64,000 nucleotides of DNA from Lama glama (Eukaryota): the NCBI GenBank assembly GCA_028534125.1, contig CM052837.1, positions 620,001 to 684,000 of the forward strand, read 5' to 3'. The notes beneath the pieces were generated by a model. The model saw nothing but the letters and a program-made list of their open reading frames with translations, did no database searches and was not told the DNA's origin. The position numbers and the translations under genes are program-made. Shown here in pieces: positions 34,601-44,215 of the stretch. Every line of letters begins with the position of its first letter. Position 1 is the stretch's first letter.

Positions 34601-37600
34601 GCTCAGGCTGCTCTGACGTGGCTGCGAGGGCCCGCCCAGCAGTTCTTCCCCTCTGGTTGGGTGCACTTGGCTCAGCAGACACTGACATGAGGAGGACGTG
34701 AACAGCCCCCAGCGCCAAGCGTCAGCTCGAGGGCCCCGCCCCTTTCAGGGTAGAACCCCTGTGTGCATCGCTGACTGCTGTCTGCTGTGCCCTTGCTCCG
34801 TGCTGAGTCCGCGCCTCCACGGGGTTGTTGCTCGCGTGTTCAGGACTTTTGTCCTCAGACGCGGCTTGCCTTCATCTTCAGAGCCGCCATTTCCCCTGGA
34901 GATAAAAAGCACACACCGGTTGCCTCTGTTAGAGAAGGTGGTGTGAGCCCAGTTTTCAGGCTAACCCAGTAACGCCCTTGTTCCTTCCTGTTTCTAAACA
35001 GATGTGATGTTCACTGGCACAGCAGATGGCCGGGTTGTAAAGCTGGACCGCGGTGACGTAGAGACCATCGCCCGGTTTGGCTCAGGCCCATGCAGTGAGT
35101 TGGTGACCCCCGGTGTATGTCTCTTCTAGCTGTTCAGGAAGGCACGGGGTGGCCAGTGGAGCTGCGTTCTCCTTGGAGGAGAAGAGCCTGCCTGAGTGTC
35201 ACCGGCTGTGGTGGCCGTTTCCCCTCCGTGCTGTGGCCAGGGCCCTGCCGCCCCGCCCCCCGCAAGGCCTGTGTCCTCGGAGCTGCTGCAGGAGGCTCTC
35301 GGCTTTGTCCTGGGGCTGCCCCGCGGAACCTCAGCCCCTCCTCCAGAGCCAGACGCCCACGGGTCACTCAGAAGCCCACTGTTTAAAAACGGGTAGCCCA
35401 CAGACTTGTTAGTTACCCGTTTCTGAGAGCTAACATGTTTTTGTAAAAACGATGCATTTTCATGGTGAAATGCGAACAACACAAAGAAGAAAGTGAAAAT
35501 GCCCCGGAGTTTTCTCAGATGTAACCGTTGTCAGTGTTTTATTGAATGACTTTTCAGCTTTCTGTTTGTGGATACTCACATCCACGAATGGTTTTGTGAG
35601 ATGGGGTTAATACTCTGCATTTGGGTATTTGACAGGCATTGTTGGACTCCGTTATTTTGGCCTAAGTGCCCTGCAGTGAGTGCCCGGCTGTCAAGAGGCT
35701 GTAGGACGGGTGTAGAGAAAGGATAGGTGGTCGGGCAGGAGCATTGCTCCGAGGAGTAAGACAGCAGCGCTCCCTTCCTGATGGGTGGAGGGAACTGCCA
35801 CGGCCCTGGACAGGCACAGTGCTGAGGTCCAGCTTTTGGGCTTAAACACAGCTCCTGAGGTCCTGGGGGATTCTGGAGTCGGTTCTGGGTCAGCTGATGT
35901 CCCTGAGTTCACTGAGTCTCAGGGTGCTGGTGTGCACGTCAGCCTTGGGTACCAGCTGCTGTGCTGTGTCCACCGCCAGACTGTCGGGTGGCCCCTCCCG
36001 ACCTGCCGGGCAGTTGTGCTGTGCTCTGGGGGCTGGAGTCCAGGGCCAGAGTCCACCTGGTGCTGTGGGCTCTCTGTCTGCAGCACGGCGCGGGGGCGGG
36101 ACGCCGAGGGGGTCTGGTGGAGCCCTGGGCCGCCGCCGAGCCCTGTCCTTGTGTCTCCGCAGAAACCCGAGGCGACGAGCCTGCGTGTGGGAGGCCCCTG
36201 GGCGTCCGGGCCGGGCCCAACAGGACCCTTTTTGTGGCCGATGCTTACAAAGGGCTGTTTGAAGTGGACCCCAGGAAGCGTACGTGACGGCAGCCTGTCC
36301 CCGCCCGCAGTGCTCTCAGATCCGTGAGCCGCGTGTGCCTCATTGGGCTTGGCAGCGTTTGCTGTGCGTGGGCCATGGTGACTGCTTCTCCAACTTGCTG
36401 GGAGTGCCCCTGCAGGCCTGCTCGGGCCTGCGTCTGGGTCCGAGCCGCAGGGTCTCAGGGACTCATCCTGGGGGTGTCAAACTCACCTTCCCCTCCTGAC
36501 TTTCCTGTGTGTCTCCTGCGTGTCTGCTGCCCCTCGCTCTTCCCTCTTCCTTCCTCGCCACCTGCCTTTTCCTTTCCTTTCGTCCGGCTTCTCCGGCTCC
36601 TCTCCCCTGACTGGGGGTGGCGTCACCTGCACTTGGACGTCCGACCTCCACCGTGTGTGGGGGATGTTGCCCTGGCGGGTGGCGCGTGCCGGAGCCCGGC
36701 CGTGCCCACTCCCTCGTCCGCGAGGTGGGCCGGTGGGAGCCTGCGTAGGGGCTGCCGTGGCTTCAGGCCAGACTGTCCGAGGATGAGCTGAGCACTCCAC
36801 GAGCATTCGTGCTGCAGCCTGAGAAGACTCACTGCCTCTCCTGCCGCTTTATTTAAAAGCAGACGAGGGGGACGTTTTAGATTTGTCTCAGGCAGTCAAA
36901 CAGAAAACTGCCTTTTTAACCTAAGACGCTTAACAGAGTTTTGAGTCAGTTGTTCTTGATAAAAGGTATTTCTCATCTTGGAGGATTATGCCTTTAATGA
37001 ACTTAGTTAAAAAATTCATCACCTGCAGATGAAAGAAGGGGAAACACTGTTCCTGTGAGAACGGGTGCGTCTTCTGACTGGGACGTGGGGACACCTGCTG
37101 TGGTTTTTCCTCTTAAATCCCGTAGGCTGGTCAGGGTTTTGGAATTACTGAGGTGGACGTTCTTGGACTGACAGCCAGTCTCCTCCTTTCTTCTTCCCCT
37201 TCTCCTTTTCCTCCCCCCCCCCAGGGGAAGTAAAACAGCTGCTGTCCTCTGAGACCCCCATCGAGGGCAGGAGGCTGTCCTTCGTGAACGATCTTACAGT
37301 CACGCGGGACGGGAGGAAGATTTATTTTACGGATTCTAGCAGCAGGTGGCAGAGACGAGATTACCTGCTTCTGCTTATGGAGGGGACGGATGACGGACGG
37401 TGAGTGTCCCTCCCCATCTTCTGCTCAGGCAGGGTGACTTCGCGGGGCTTTTCACTCCTGGGAGTCCTGGGCGTTTCTGGGCGTAGCACTTAGCCTTTGA
37501 TAGGACCCGAGTGTCTCCCAGAAGCAGGTGTTGGAGCAACAGAGCAGCAAGATGTCTCACTTTCTCTTTGGAGAAATGAAACTCACGTCAGCCAGCCCCC

Positions 37601-40600
37601 TGAGGGTGTGGTCTGGCTCCTGGGGGAGGCCTCACACCCCGGCCGGGGTTTCTGAAGGGCACTCCGGCGAGGCTGGAGCTGTGGCAGCCCTCCCTGGTGC
37701 TGAGCCAGCTCCCAGGTCAGCGAGGGAACTGCCTGGGCTTGTCTGCAAGAGGACGCTGGATGTGCTCTGGGTGGGGAAGGGCCCCCAGGCCAGTCTGGGA
37801 CCAGGTCTGAGCAGAGGAGCAGCGGGGGCCCTGCCACTGTGGCAGAGGCCGAGCCCCTTTCCACAGGCCCCTGGCCCGAGGGCCCAGACGGGAGCAGGGC
37901 TGCAGCCCAGCAGGGGTCGCGGACGCGCCTGTGACCCTGGGTCGGCGCCCCGCAGCCTGCTGGAGTACGACACCAAGACCAGGGAGGTGACGGTTTTGCT
38001 GGACCGCCTGCGGTTCCCCAACGGAGTGCAGCTTTCTCCTGAGGAGGACTTTGTCCTGGTGGCAGAGACGACCATGGCGAGGATCAGGAGGTGGGCGAGC
38101 TCACGTGGGCTGTCGTGTCCTCGGGCCGGACGGGCGTGGGTGTTGCTGCGGAGCCTGGTACGCGGTAGGCACCCTGTCCCGGGGGTGGGCGGTCAGGTCA
38201 GCTCATCCTCCCTCCCCTCCGTCTGCCTCCTTGGGCGTCGGCCGGGAGAGTCTTGGCTGAGTGCCGACTGCGACCAGGCCCCTTCCTCCTGCCTGTGGGC
38301 CGCCTGTTTCTCTTGCTGGGCCCGGGGCTCCGAGGGCCTCTTGCAGCAGCCGTGAGGTTCACGATGGACACGTTTGCAATTTGTCCGTCAGGTTTTTGGG
38401 GCCAAGACCAGTTTGGTGCTTGGCTAGAATTTTTCCTTCAGTTGAAGGGCTGCTGTTCATCGCCTGCGTGGGTGACTTTTTCAGGTTCTACGTGTCCGGC
38501 CTGATGAAGGGAGGGGCTGACCTGTTCGTGGAGAATTTGCCTGGATTCCCAGACAACATCCGGGCCAGCAGCTCCGGGGGGTACTGGGTCGCCATGGCAG
38601 CCGTTCGCTCCAACCCTGGCTTTTCCATGTTGGATTTCTTGTCTGAGAGACCCTATCTTAAAAGATTGATTTTTAAGGTAATTATGAAACTGTAATTTCA
38701 AAATACAAAATGAAAATGTGTCTAGTTTTTTAATTTTGAAAGCTCTGAAAATTCTAAGTCTGCTTATAACATCTAGCGCTTTTCGCAACATCTTTAAAAC
38801 ACATTCGACCCTTTGGCCTGAAATGTAAATGTAGTTGCTTGAGCCCCTTGGTGTTTCCTTCTGGTTTCTTGCCTGGGTGTGCTCATCGCCACCTCCCCAT
38901 CGTGACCCGCGGGGCCTCCGGCCCTGCCCTCCAGACCCTGCGACTTTGCCCCCGCCCCCTGCCCTAGGCTGCGTCTCAGGTGCACCCTCCTGTGGGCGCA
39001 CGGACAGACCCGCCAACCCAGCCCCCATCCCGCCCTGTTTCTTTCTGCCTCAGAGCCCTTGCTCACCCCTCTCTGGGATTCCGCCCGTCTTCAGTTACAG
39101 ACACTGAAACAGTTGTAAGTGAAGGTCTGGGAGGTACCAGCGCTGGGGCTGAGTCCGTACGGCGCCTGGCCCTGTGGGTGGGCCCTGCTGAGGGGCTGCT
39201 CGGTCAGGCTGGCCCACGGCGTTCCGTGTGGCTCCGACGTCAGTGGCCGCTGTTCAGAAATGACACGTTGTCGGCTGCAGAATCACCTCTGTTCTCCTGG
39301 GACCTGGGAGTAGGTGGATGGCAGAGCAGGTGAGGAGGAGGATTTGAGGAAGGCCTGAGCACCTCAGGGACCCTGGGCAGGTGACGTGGTTTCTCGGCCT
39401 CAATTTATTCTTCCGTCAAGTGGGAAGAATAGCAGCATTTCATTAGGTGATGAAACATGTAATGATGTCCTGTGATGCCCTGAGTGGAGGATGGGAGGGG
39501 CTCGGTGTCGGTGCCTGTTGGAGGACGTGGTTGGTGGTGGGGGTTGTGTCTCGGCTCCTGGGCCACGTGGGCTCCATCAGAGTGGTGGGTGTGATTCTGG
39601 GGGTCCAGGCAGGAGCAGGGCCAGCGTCTTCATGTGGGTGTGTCCGGGCAGTGGCAGGTCTGGAGCAGTCAGGAGGTGGGAGAAGACCACAGGCCTTGCA
39701 GACTTGAGAAGGAAGCCCGATTTCCTCAGGGTATCACCAGAGCTTCGTGGATTTTCTTTCTCAGTTTTGAGACAACGTCAGAGCTAAAAAAAAAAACAGC
39801 GGGCAGGGGATAAGGCACTTCTGCCTTGAGCTGTCTGCAGGTGACTAGCCGACCTGCTCCCTCAGAGCTGCTCCTACCACAGGCTGTTCTGTCTCCAGAC
39901 TTCTGGCGTGACCGTCTGGTGCACAGACCCTGCTCAGTCATGCCAGTGGCCCGGTGGCGGCTTTTGTAACGGGACTGGGGCTCTGTCTCCTCAGCTGGGG
40001 CTTCTGTTAAAATGCCCAGGTGATGACGGGTTCTGGCGGTGAGAACTGTAGCCCTGAGGGCTGGAAACAGGTGGAGAGTTGAGAGCTTTCTGGGAAAACG
40101 AGTTGTTAAGCGGAGGGAATTGAGGTCTCTTAGGGAAAAGATGGAGCGAACAGAGGGAGGACCTAGGATCAAAGGAGGTGGGTTCGAAGGTCTTGGGAAG
40201 CCTTATGGGACATTCTGAGCCAACATGCAACTTGGCTCGATTGCTGTGGAACCTTCTGGAACACAGTCAGCTTGTACGTGTAGGGGGTGGGGGCTGCAGT
40301 GGAGGAGACAGGGCGGTTTGTGCCCGGAGCGGGGCTGCTGGAGGGTGGGCCCAGACTGCAGGGGCTGTGGGGGCTGCGGCCGGTTTCACCTGGCCCTGCC
40401 CTGTGTGGCTTTCCCGTCGCTGTGGGAGCTGGGCCTTTGCTAGAAGGTTAAAAACTGAGTAAACATCCAAGAGCTGGTCAGCTTCATTCAGCGGCTCAGA
40501 GATTGGGCAGTGTCCGTGCAGCAGCCGGAGTCCAGGCTCCGAGGAGCCGTCCAAACGGAGGACTTCCCCGGACAGAGTGGGCAGGAGGAAGGAAGTCACA

Positions 40601-41008
40601 CGAGACAAAAAAGCGGGGGGTTTGTTTTGAGGTCACGTTCCTCCAGGGCCGGCCGGGGCCTGCCAGGCAGATGGCCACACTGGCGTGGAGCAGGCGAGAG
40701 CCGAGGCCTCGGGAAGTCGTCGGGTCAGGTGCCAGGCTGTGGGCGGGTTCCCTGGGGCACCTGCTCAGCCCTGTTCTCCTGCTCTGCTTCCCTTGCAGCT
40801 GCTGGGTCAGGAGACGGTGATGAAGCTCGTGCCGCGGTACAGCCTGGTCCTGGAGCTCAGTGACAGCGGGGCCTTCCGGAGGAGCCTGCACGACCCCGAT
40901 GGCCAGGTGGCCCCCTACGTGAGCGAGGCGCACGAGCATGGCGGGCACCTGTACCTGGGCTCCTTCAGGTCCCCCTTCCTCTGCCGGCTCCGCCTCCCTG
41001 CCTTGTAG
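22253..41008 (+). CDS. APMAP: APMAP adipocyte plasma membrane-associated protein (strictosidine synthase/paraoxonase-like beta-propeller, type II membrane protein), complete, 415 aa: join(22253-22344,29063-29179,31329-31444,35002-35094,36163-36279,37225-37399,37956-38090,38485-38677,40799-41008)
   Basis: Starts MSEADGLRQRRPLRPQVVTDD, hydrophobic signal-anchor in exon 2, motifs CGRPLG, FVNDL, FPNGVQLS and PGFPDNI. 9 GT-AG exons total 1248 nt. Confidence 0.97.
22921..23050 (-). mobile_element. tRNA-derived SINE (camelid Vic-1-like) with target-site duplication
   Basis: Minus strand reads GGGGAGGGTACAGCTCCAGTGGTAGAGC (A box)...GAGTTCAATCCCCAGTAC (B box) then an A-rich tail. Flanks are tgattggctta (22910) and tgattgactta (23052). 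Confidence 0.85.
26385..26860. mobile_element. Old L1M 3'-end fragments
   Basis: ctttgttgagatgtaattcatgtactatcattcacc...gcaacagtcgccaca and cagaattttctcatcaccc match L1MB/MC-type 3' ends. Confidence 0.6.
26880..27380. mobile_element. MLT1 LTR fragments
   Basis: tttagggatttgttagagcagcacctcattcctggtacc and cttacagatctgggtcagaagtc...gaagtccaggtgtcagcagggc. Confidence 0.55.
27839..27998 (+). mobile_element. Artiodactyl L1 3'-end fragment with A-rich tail
   Basis: acaagggcctcccgtgcagcacagggaact...caccagaaactaacacaatgttgccaatcaactatactttaacaaaaa. Confidence 0.7.
29063..29179 (+). CDS. APMAP: APMAP exon 2 (signal-anchor ATFLMLAVSLLAPLLVAVMLL)
   Basis: cccggcag| acceptor, CAG|gtgagc donor, 117 nt. 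Confidence 0.95.
30951..31122. repeat. 34-bp minisatellite (GGCCAGTGGGTGAGGAGGTACCGGGGTGTGAACG), at least 5 copies, cut by the assembly gap
   Basis: Five near-identical units followed by Ns. Confidence 0.95.
31123..31222. other. Assembly gap (100 N, true size unknown)
   Basis: Run of N. Confidence 1.
31329..31444 (+). CDS. APMAP: APMAP exon 3 (FKEPPLLLGVLQANTRLRQAERLFENQLVGPESIANIG)
   Basis: ttttccag| acceptor, GGG|gtaagt donor, 116 nt. Confidence 0.95.
32527..34480 (-). mobile_element. Degenerate L1 ORF2 (endonuclease region) relic, antisense, in APMAP intron 3
   Basis: Minus strand near 33540-33610 translates as AEHLSFSSSRGTFTKTDHVLCH, close to L1 EN AEYTFFSSAHGTFSRIDHMLGH. Also gatttgttgaggatttttgcatc and T-rich antisense L1 texture. 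Confidence 0.85.
34102..34312. mobile_element. Tigger2/MER8-like TcMar-Tigger MITE nested in the L1
   Basis: TIRs are CAGCTGATCCCTGAATAGC at the left end and CAGCTGACCCCTGAACAAC (reverse complement) at the right end. Internal ccacttattcacgggatttttcaataa. Confidence 0.8.
35002..35094 (+). CDS. APMAP: APMAP exon 4 (VMFTGTADGRVVKL...FGSGPC)
   Basis: ctaaacag| acceptor, GCA|gtgagt donor, 93 nt. Confidence 0.95.
36163..36279 (+). CDS. APMAP: APMAP exon 5 (TRGDEPACGRPLGVRAGPNRTLFVADAYKGLFEVDPRK)
   Basis: ctccgcag| acceptor, AGC|gtacgt donor, 117 nt. Confidence 0.95.
37225..37399 (+). CDS. APMAP: APMAP exon 6 (EVKQLLSSETPIEG...FVNDLTVTRDGRKIYFTDSS...EGTDDG)
   Basis: Long pyrimidine tract ending ccag|, ACG|gtgagt donor, 175 nt. 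Confidence 0.95.
37956..38090 (+). CDS. APMAP: APMAP exon 7 (LLEYDTKTREV...FPNGVQLSPEEDFVLVAETTMARIR)
   Basis: ccccgcag| acceptor, GAG|gtgggc donor, 135 nt. Confidence 0.95.
38485..38677 (+). CDS. APMAP: APMAP exon 8 (FYVSGLMKGGADLFVENLPGFPDNIR...LIFK)
   Basis: tttttcag| acceptor, AAG|gtaatt donor, 193 nt. Confidence 0.95.
39365..39485 (+). mobile_element. MIR relic
   Basis: ccctgggcaggtgac...ctcggcctcaatttattcttccgtcaagtggg resembles the MIR core. Confidence 0.45.
40799..41008 (+). CDS. APMAP: APMAP last coding exon (LLGQETVMKLVPRYSL...GSFRSPFLCRLRLPAL*)
   Basis: ccttgcag| acceptor, TAG at 41006-41008. Confidence 0.95.
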   Translation: MLGQETVMKLVPRYSLVLELSDSGAFRRSLHDPDGQVAPYVSEAHEHGGHLYLGSFRSPFLCRLRLPAL

Positions 41009-41766
41009 GCCCTGCCCCGCCCACCCGCCCTGCCGGCCCTGAAAGTATGGTGCCGCTGCGGGGCACCCTCCCTGGGCTCCGCCCCGAGACTGAGGGAAGG
41101 TGGTGTCTGCCGTGGGGATGATGAGTCCCCGTAAAGCTGCTTTCTCTGAAAAGCTCTCCTGGGTGCAGCGGTTCCCTAGACACGGGCCTCCGGTTCAGGG
41201 ACAGGGCGGTGGGTGAGCCGTCCAGGATCTTGTTTCGCTGCAGGCTCTGTGCTGCCAGCCTTGGTGTCTTTACTGTTAACCGGTGTTGCCTGTCTTGGGG
41301 GTGGGGCCGGGCGGGCGGGGGGAGCTCAGAGCAAACGTGTGTCAGGCTGTGGCCGGGCCAACAAAGACGTCACAACCCTGTTCTCCAGGGTTAGTAGGAC
41401 ACGGCCTCGGCCCCAGGGTCCCTCCCGTAGCTCCCACTCTCCTGCCCCACTCGGCCCCCTCCCTGCCTGAGTCCCCTGGCCCTTGAAGGCAAGGAGCTGA
41501 GTGCAGGCAGAGGAGCCGCATGTTGATTCCAGCAGCTCAGGGGACCCCCCTTCCCTGGGGCCGGCCACCGGATGGAAGGATGGGGATTGAAGGTGGGGCT
41601 GGGGGAGGGGGGTCCTGTTCACACACCTGGCTCTGCACCGCCAGCCCCGATGTGAAGAGCGCACGTGGGGATGTCGCATCCGCTCCACGACACAGGCCTG
41701 GTGCTGCTGTGTATACTGACGGGGCATCTGCTCTGGCCCAGGTGTTGCAGGCCCGAGGTTATGATA

Positions 41767-41772
41767 ATTAAA
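41767..41772 (+). terminator. Probable APMAP poly(A) signal ATTAAA
   Basis: First strong hexamer after the stop, about 760 nt downstream, with a U/GU-rich stretch after it. Confidence 0.6.
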
Positions 41773-43757
41773 CGGACTTCTCCCCGATGGCCTTGCTTGG
41801 GCGTTTCTCCCGTCTCTTCCACCGTAACAGCCGAGTGCGATCTGGTTCCTCGGTGTCCCGTGGAGCGGCTGTCCCGCTGGGATCTGGTTTAGGTCTGTGC
41901 GGCCCCCCCACGGCGGCCGCCTCTCCTGTTCTCCGGCCTGCACAGTGGGGCTCAGTGCTCCTTCCTCTCCTGGGTGTTCGTGAGAAGGCGCCAGGGCTTG
42001 TGTCTCTGCAGTTGCCTCTGTAACTTGAATAGACGCTACTGTTGGTAGCTGATGCTGCAGGTCAGGGAGGCTGACAGCCGTGGTGGGGCCGACGCTCACA
42101 GCCCCCAACCCCCGCCGTGGGAGAGTTGGGATCTGCTGGGGCGCATCCCAGGTCGCCGGCTCGGGCTGGCCTTTCAGCAGCGTGGAGCAGAGTCAGGCTG
42201 GCCTGGCCCGTGCCCTGCCTGGTGACGACTTGGCGTTATGTCATTTCATGGGAAATGCTTTTTCACGGGAAGCGGTGTGCCACGGGTGTCTAGTGAGTGT
42301 GCGGGATAGTCAGTGAACCCGATCGTTCTTCGGTAGACATGCACCCCAGGTGTGCCCACCTGGGTTCCTTCTTGGTTGGGAGCTGAGGGCTTTGCTCTCA
42401 GTGCAGAGGAGCTGGTAGCTTTTCACAGTTTCCAGCAAAGGCGTCTTTTTTTGACTCAGATGTTGACTTTCTGTCTCAAAGTGTCATTTCCTGTGTTTTA
42501 CCTGGCATTCGCCGCAGTGAGGTGCAGAATGCAGCCTCCATAGGCTTGCGTGCGCCACAGGTGCTTGTTGGAAAGCAGACAGACTCGCTCTAATGTGAAT
42601 CCCTCACGTGCTCTGAAAACTACATCGCACGGCTCATTCACTGTGTGCTTCCTCACCACCTGTTCCAGAAATGCCAGCGGGACTCAGTGCTGCCTTTTCT
42701 CGGACGGAGGGCCTGCCTGGAGACTTGCAGGGCCCTCTGCAGACTTGAACAGCTGTCACGTACCCTGACCTTTTTGTGACACAAGGTCACAGCTGCATCT
42801 TGTGGGGAAGCTGAGGCTGCGGAGGGACCTGCTTGGGGGCACAGCCGGCGCACGGCGAGGCTGCTGGGGGTGCTGGGGTGCGGAGACTGGGTGGCCGCCG
42901 CCCAGCCTGGGGTCAGACTTGCGGGTGGCCAGGCAGCAGTGTGGCGGAGGCCTTGTAGGTCCCCCAGGCGGTGGCCGTTCCTCAGCCTGGCCCATCTGCA
43001 ACCTGGGGGGCTGGGTGCTGGAATGGGGGCCCAGAGCTGAACCCCGAATCTGCATGGCTATGTGGCGGCGTGTGGGGGGCCTGGCGGGGGGAAGCTCAGG
43101 GCAGGCTGTTGGAATTCTGAACTCTGATTGATTTTGGTCAGTTTGAGACCTCAAGCGTTTCTTCTTTTTGGTCATCTTAGAACCCTGGGCCCTAGCTTTC
43201 TGTTTCCCCAGGGGTGGTGAGTTAGATGGGGGTGCAGTCCCTTGCTTTCACCCGTCACATTTACGACAGTGTGTTGAATCACCGTACGCGTTGAATGCAT
43301 GCTTCCTGTTTCTTGTAATTTAGCGAGTCGTTTTCCTAAAGGTGACAGCGCCCTTTGTGCTCATCTATGGTTTGAAGAGGACGCTTCGGCCTCACTGGCT
43401 CAGACGTCTGGTCACCTTCCTGGGTGGCCCAGCCTGCCACCTAGCCCACAGCGTCTCCCTGCGCCCCGCCCCAGCCTTCTCCCCTCTCCCTGGTGTCCCA
43501 CTGGGTCTCCGGCTCTGTCCCCTCCCCACCTGTCCAAGCACAGCTGCACAGGGGCCGAGCCTTGGGCGGCCCCCACCCAGGACTGCACAGCCTGGGGGGC
43601 CAGCCCCTCTCAGGCGAGGAGCTGTCTCTGGGGCTCTGGTTGTAGCATGGCAGAGCTTCGGAGAGCTCTGTGGAGGAAAGGGGCCTCCCGATGCGCATCT
43701 GCTTCCCCGTTCTCCCAGAGCAGGTCTGGCAGAGGCATTGCTTTGGGTGGTCAGTTC

Positions 43758-43763
43758 TTTATT
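43758..43763 (-). terminator. CST7 poly(A) signal AATAAA
   Basis: tttatt on the + strand, about 375 nt downstream of the CST7 stop. Confidence 0.8.
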
Positions 43764-44137
43764 CATGTTTACCACTCGTAACTATTCGCCCCAAGAGGCC
43801 ATGGTGCGCAGGAGCTGGCCTGTCCCCCGCCTGGTGCTGGAGCAATGGATTATTCAGACAGAAGGGTGGCTCCAGGCTTTCACTGGCAGCCTGGGGCCAC
43901 GGGGCATTCAGGGTCCAGGACCCACGTAATGCCCATCGGAGGACTCGCCCTGAATCCAGGTGGGCAGCGTTGGGAAGACTAGTTAAGTTTAGAAGCACGT
44001 GTGGAATGTTCAGTCCGGCTGCAGGTGGTGACGTGGTTCTGTCGTGGGTCCCTGCGCTGCCGTCTGAGAGGTGCTGTTTTGGAGTCCTGATGACCAGGCG
44101 GTGGTGGCAGGAAGGGAGCCAGGGGCCGGGGCTGCGG

Positions 44138-44215
44138 TCAATGACAGCGGAGGACGGGCACCTGGAAGCTCTGGAGCCAGGGGACCACCCAGACTTCCGA
44201 GTAGCAGCTGAGAGC
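44138..44215 (-). CDS. CST7: CST7 exon 4 coding part (ALSCYSEVWVVPWLQSFQVPVLRCH*)
   Basis: ttgttccag| acceptor, TGA stop. Confidence 0.95.
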   Translation of the reverse strand, partial: ALSCYSEVWVVPWLQSFQVPVLRCH

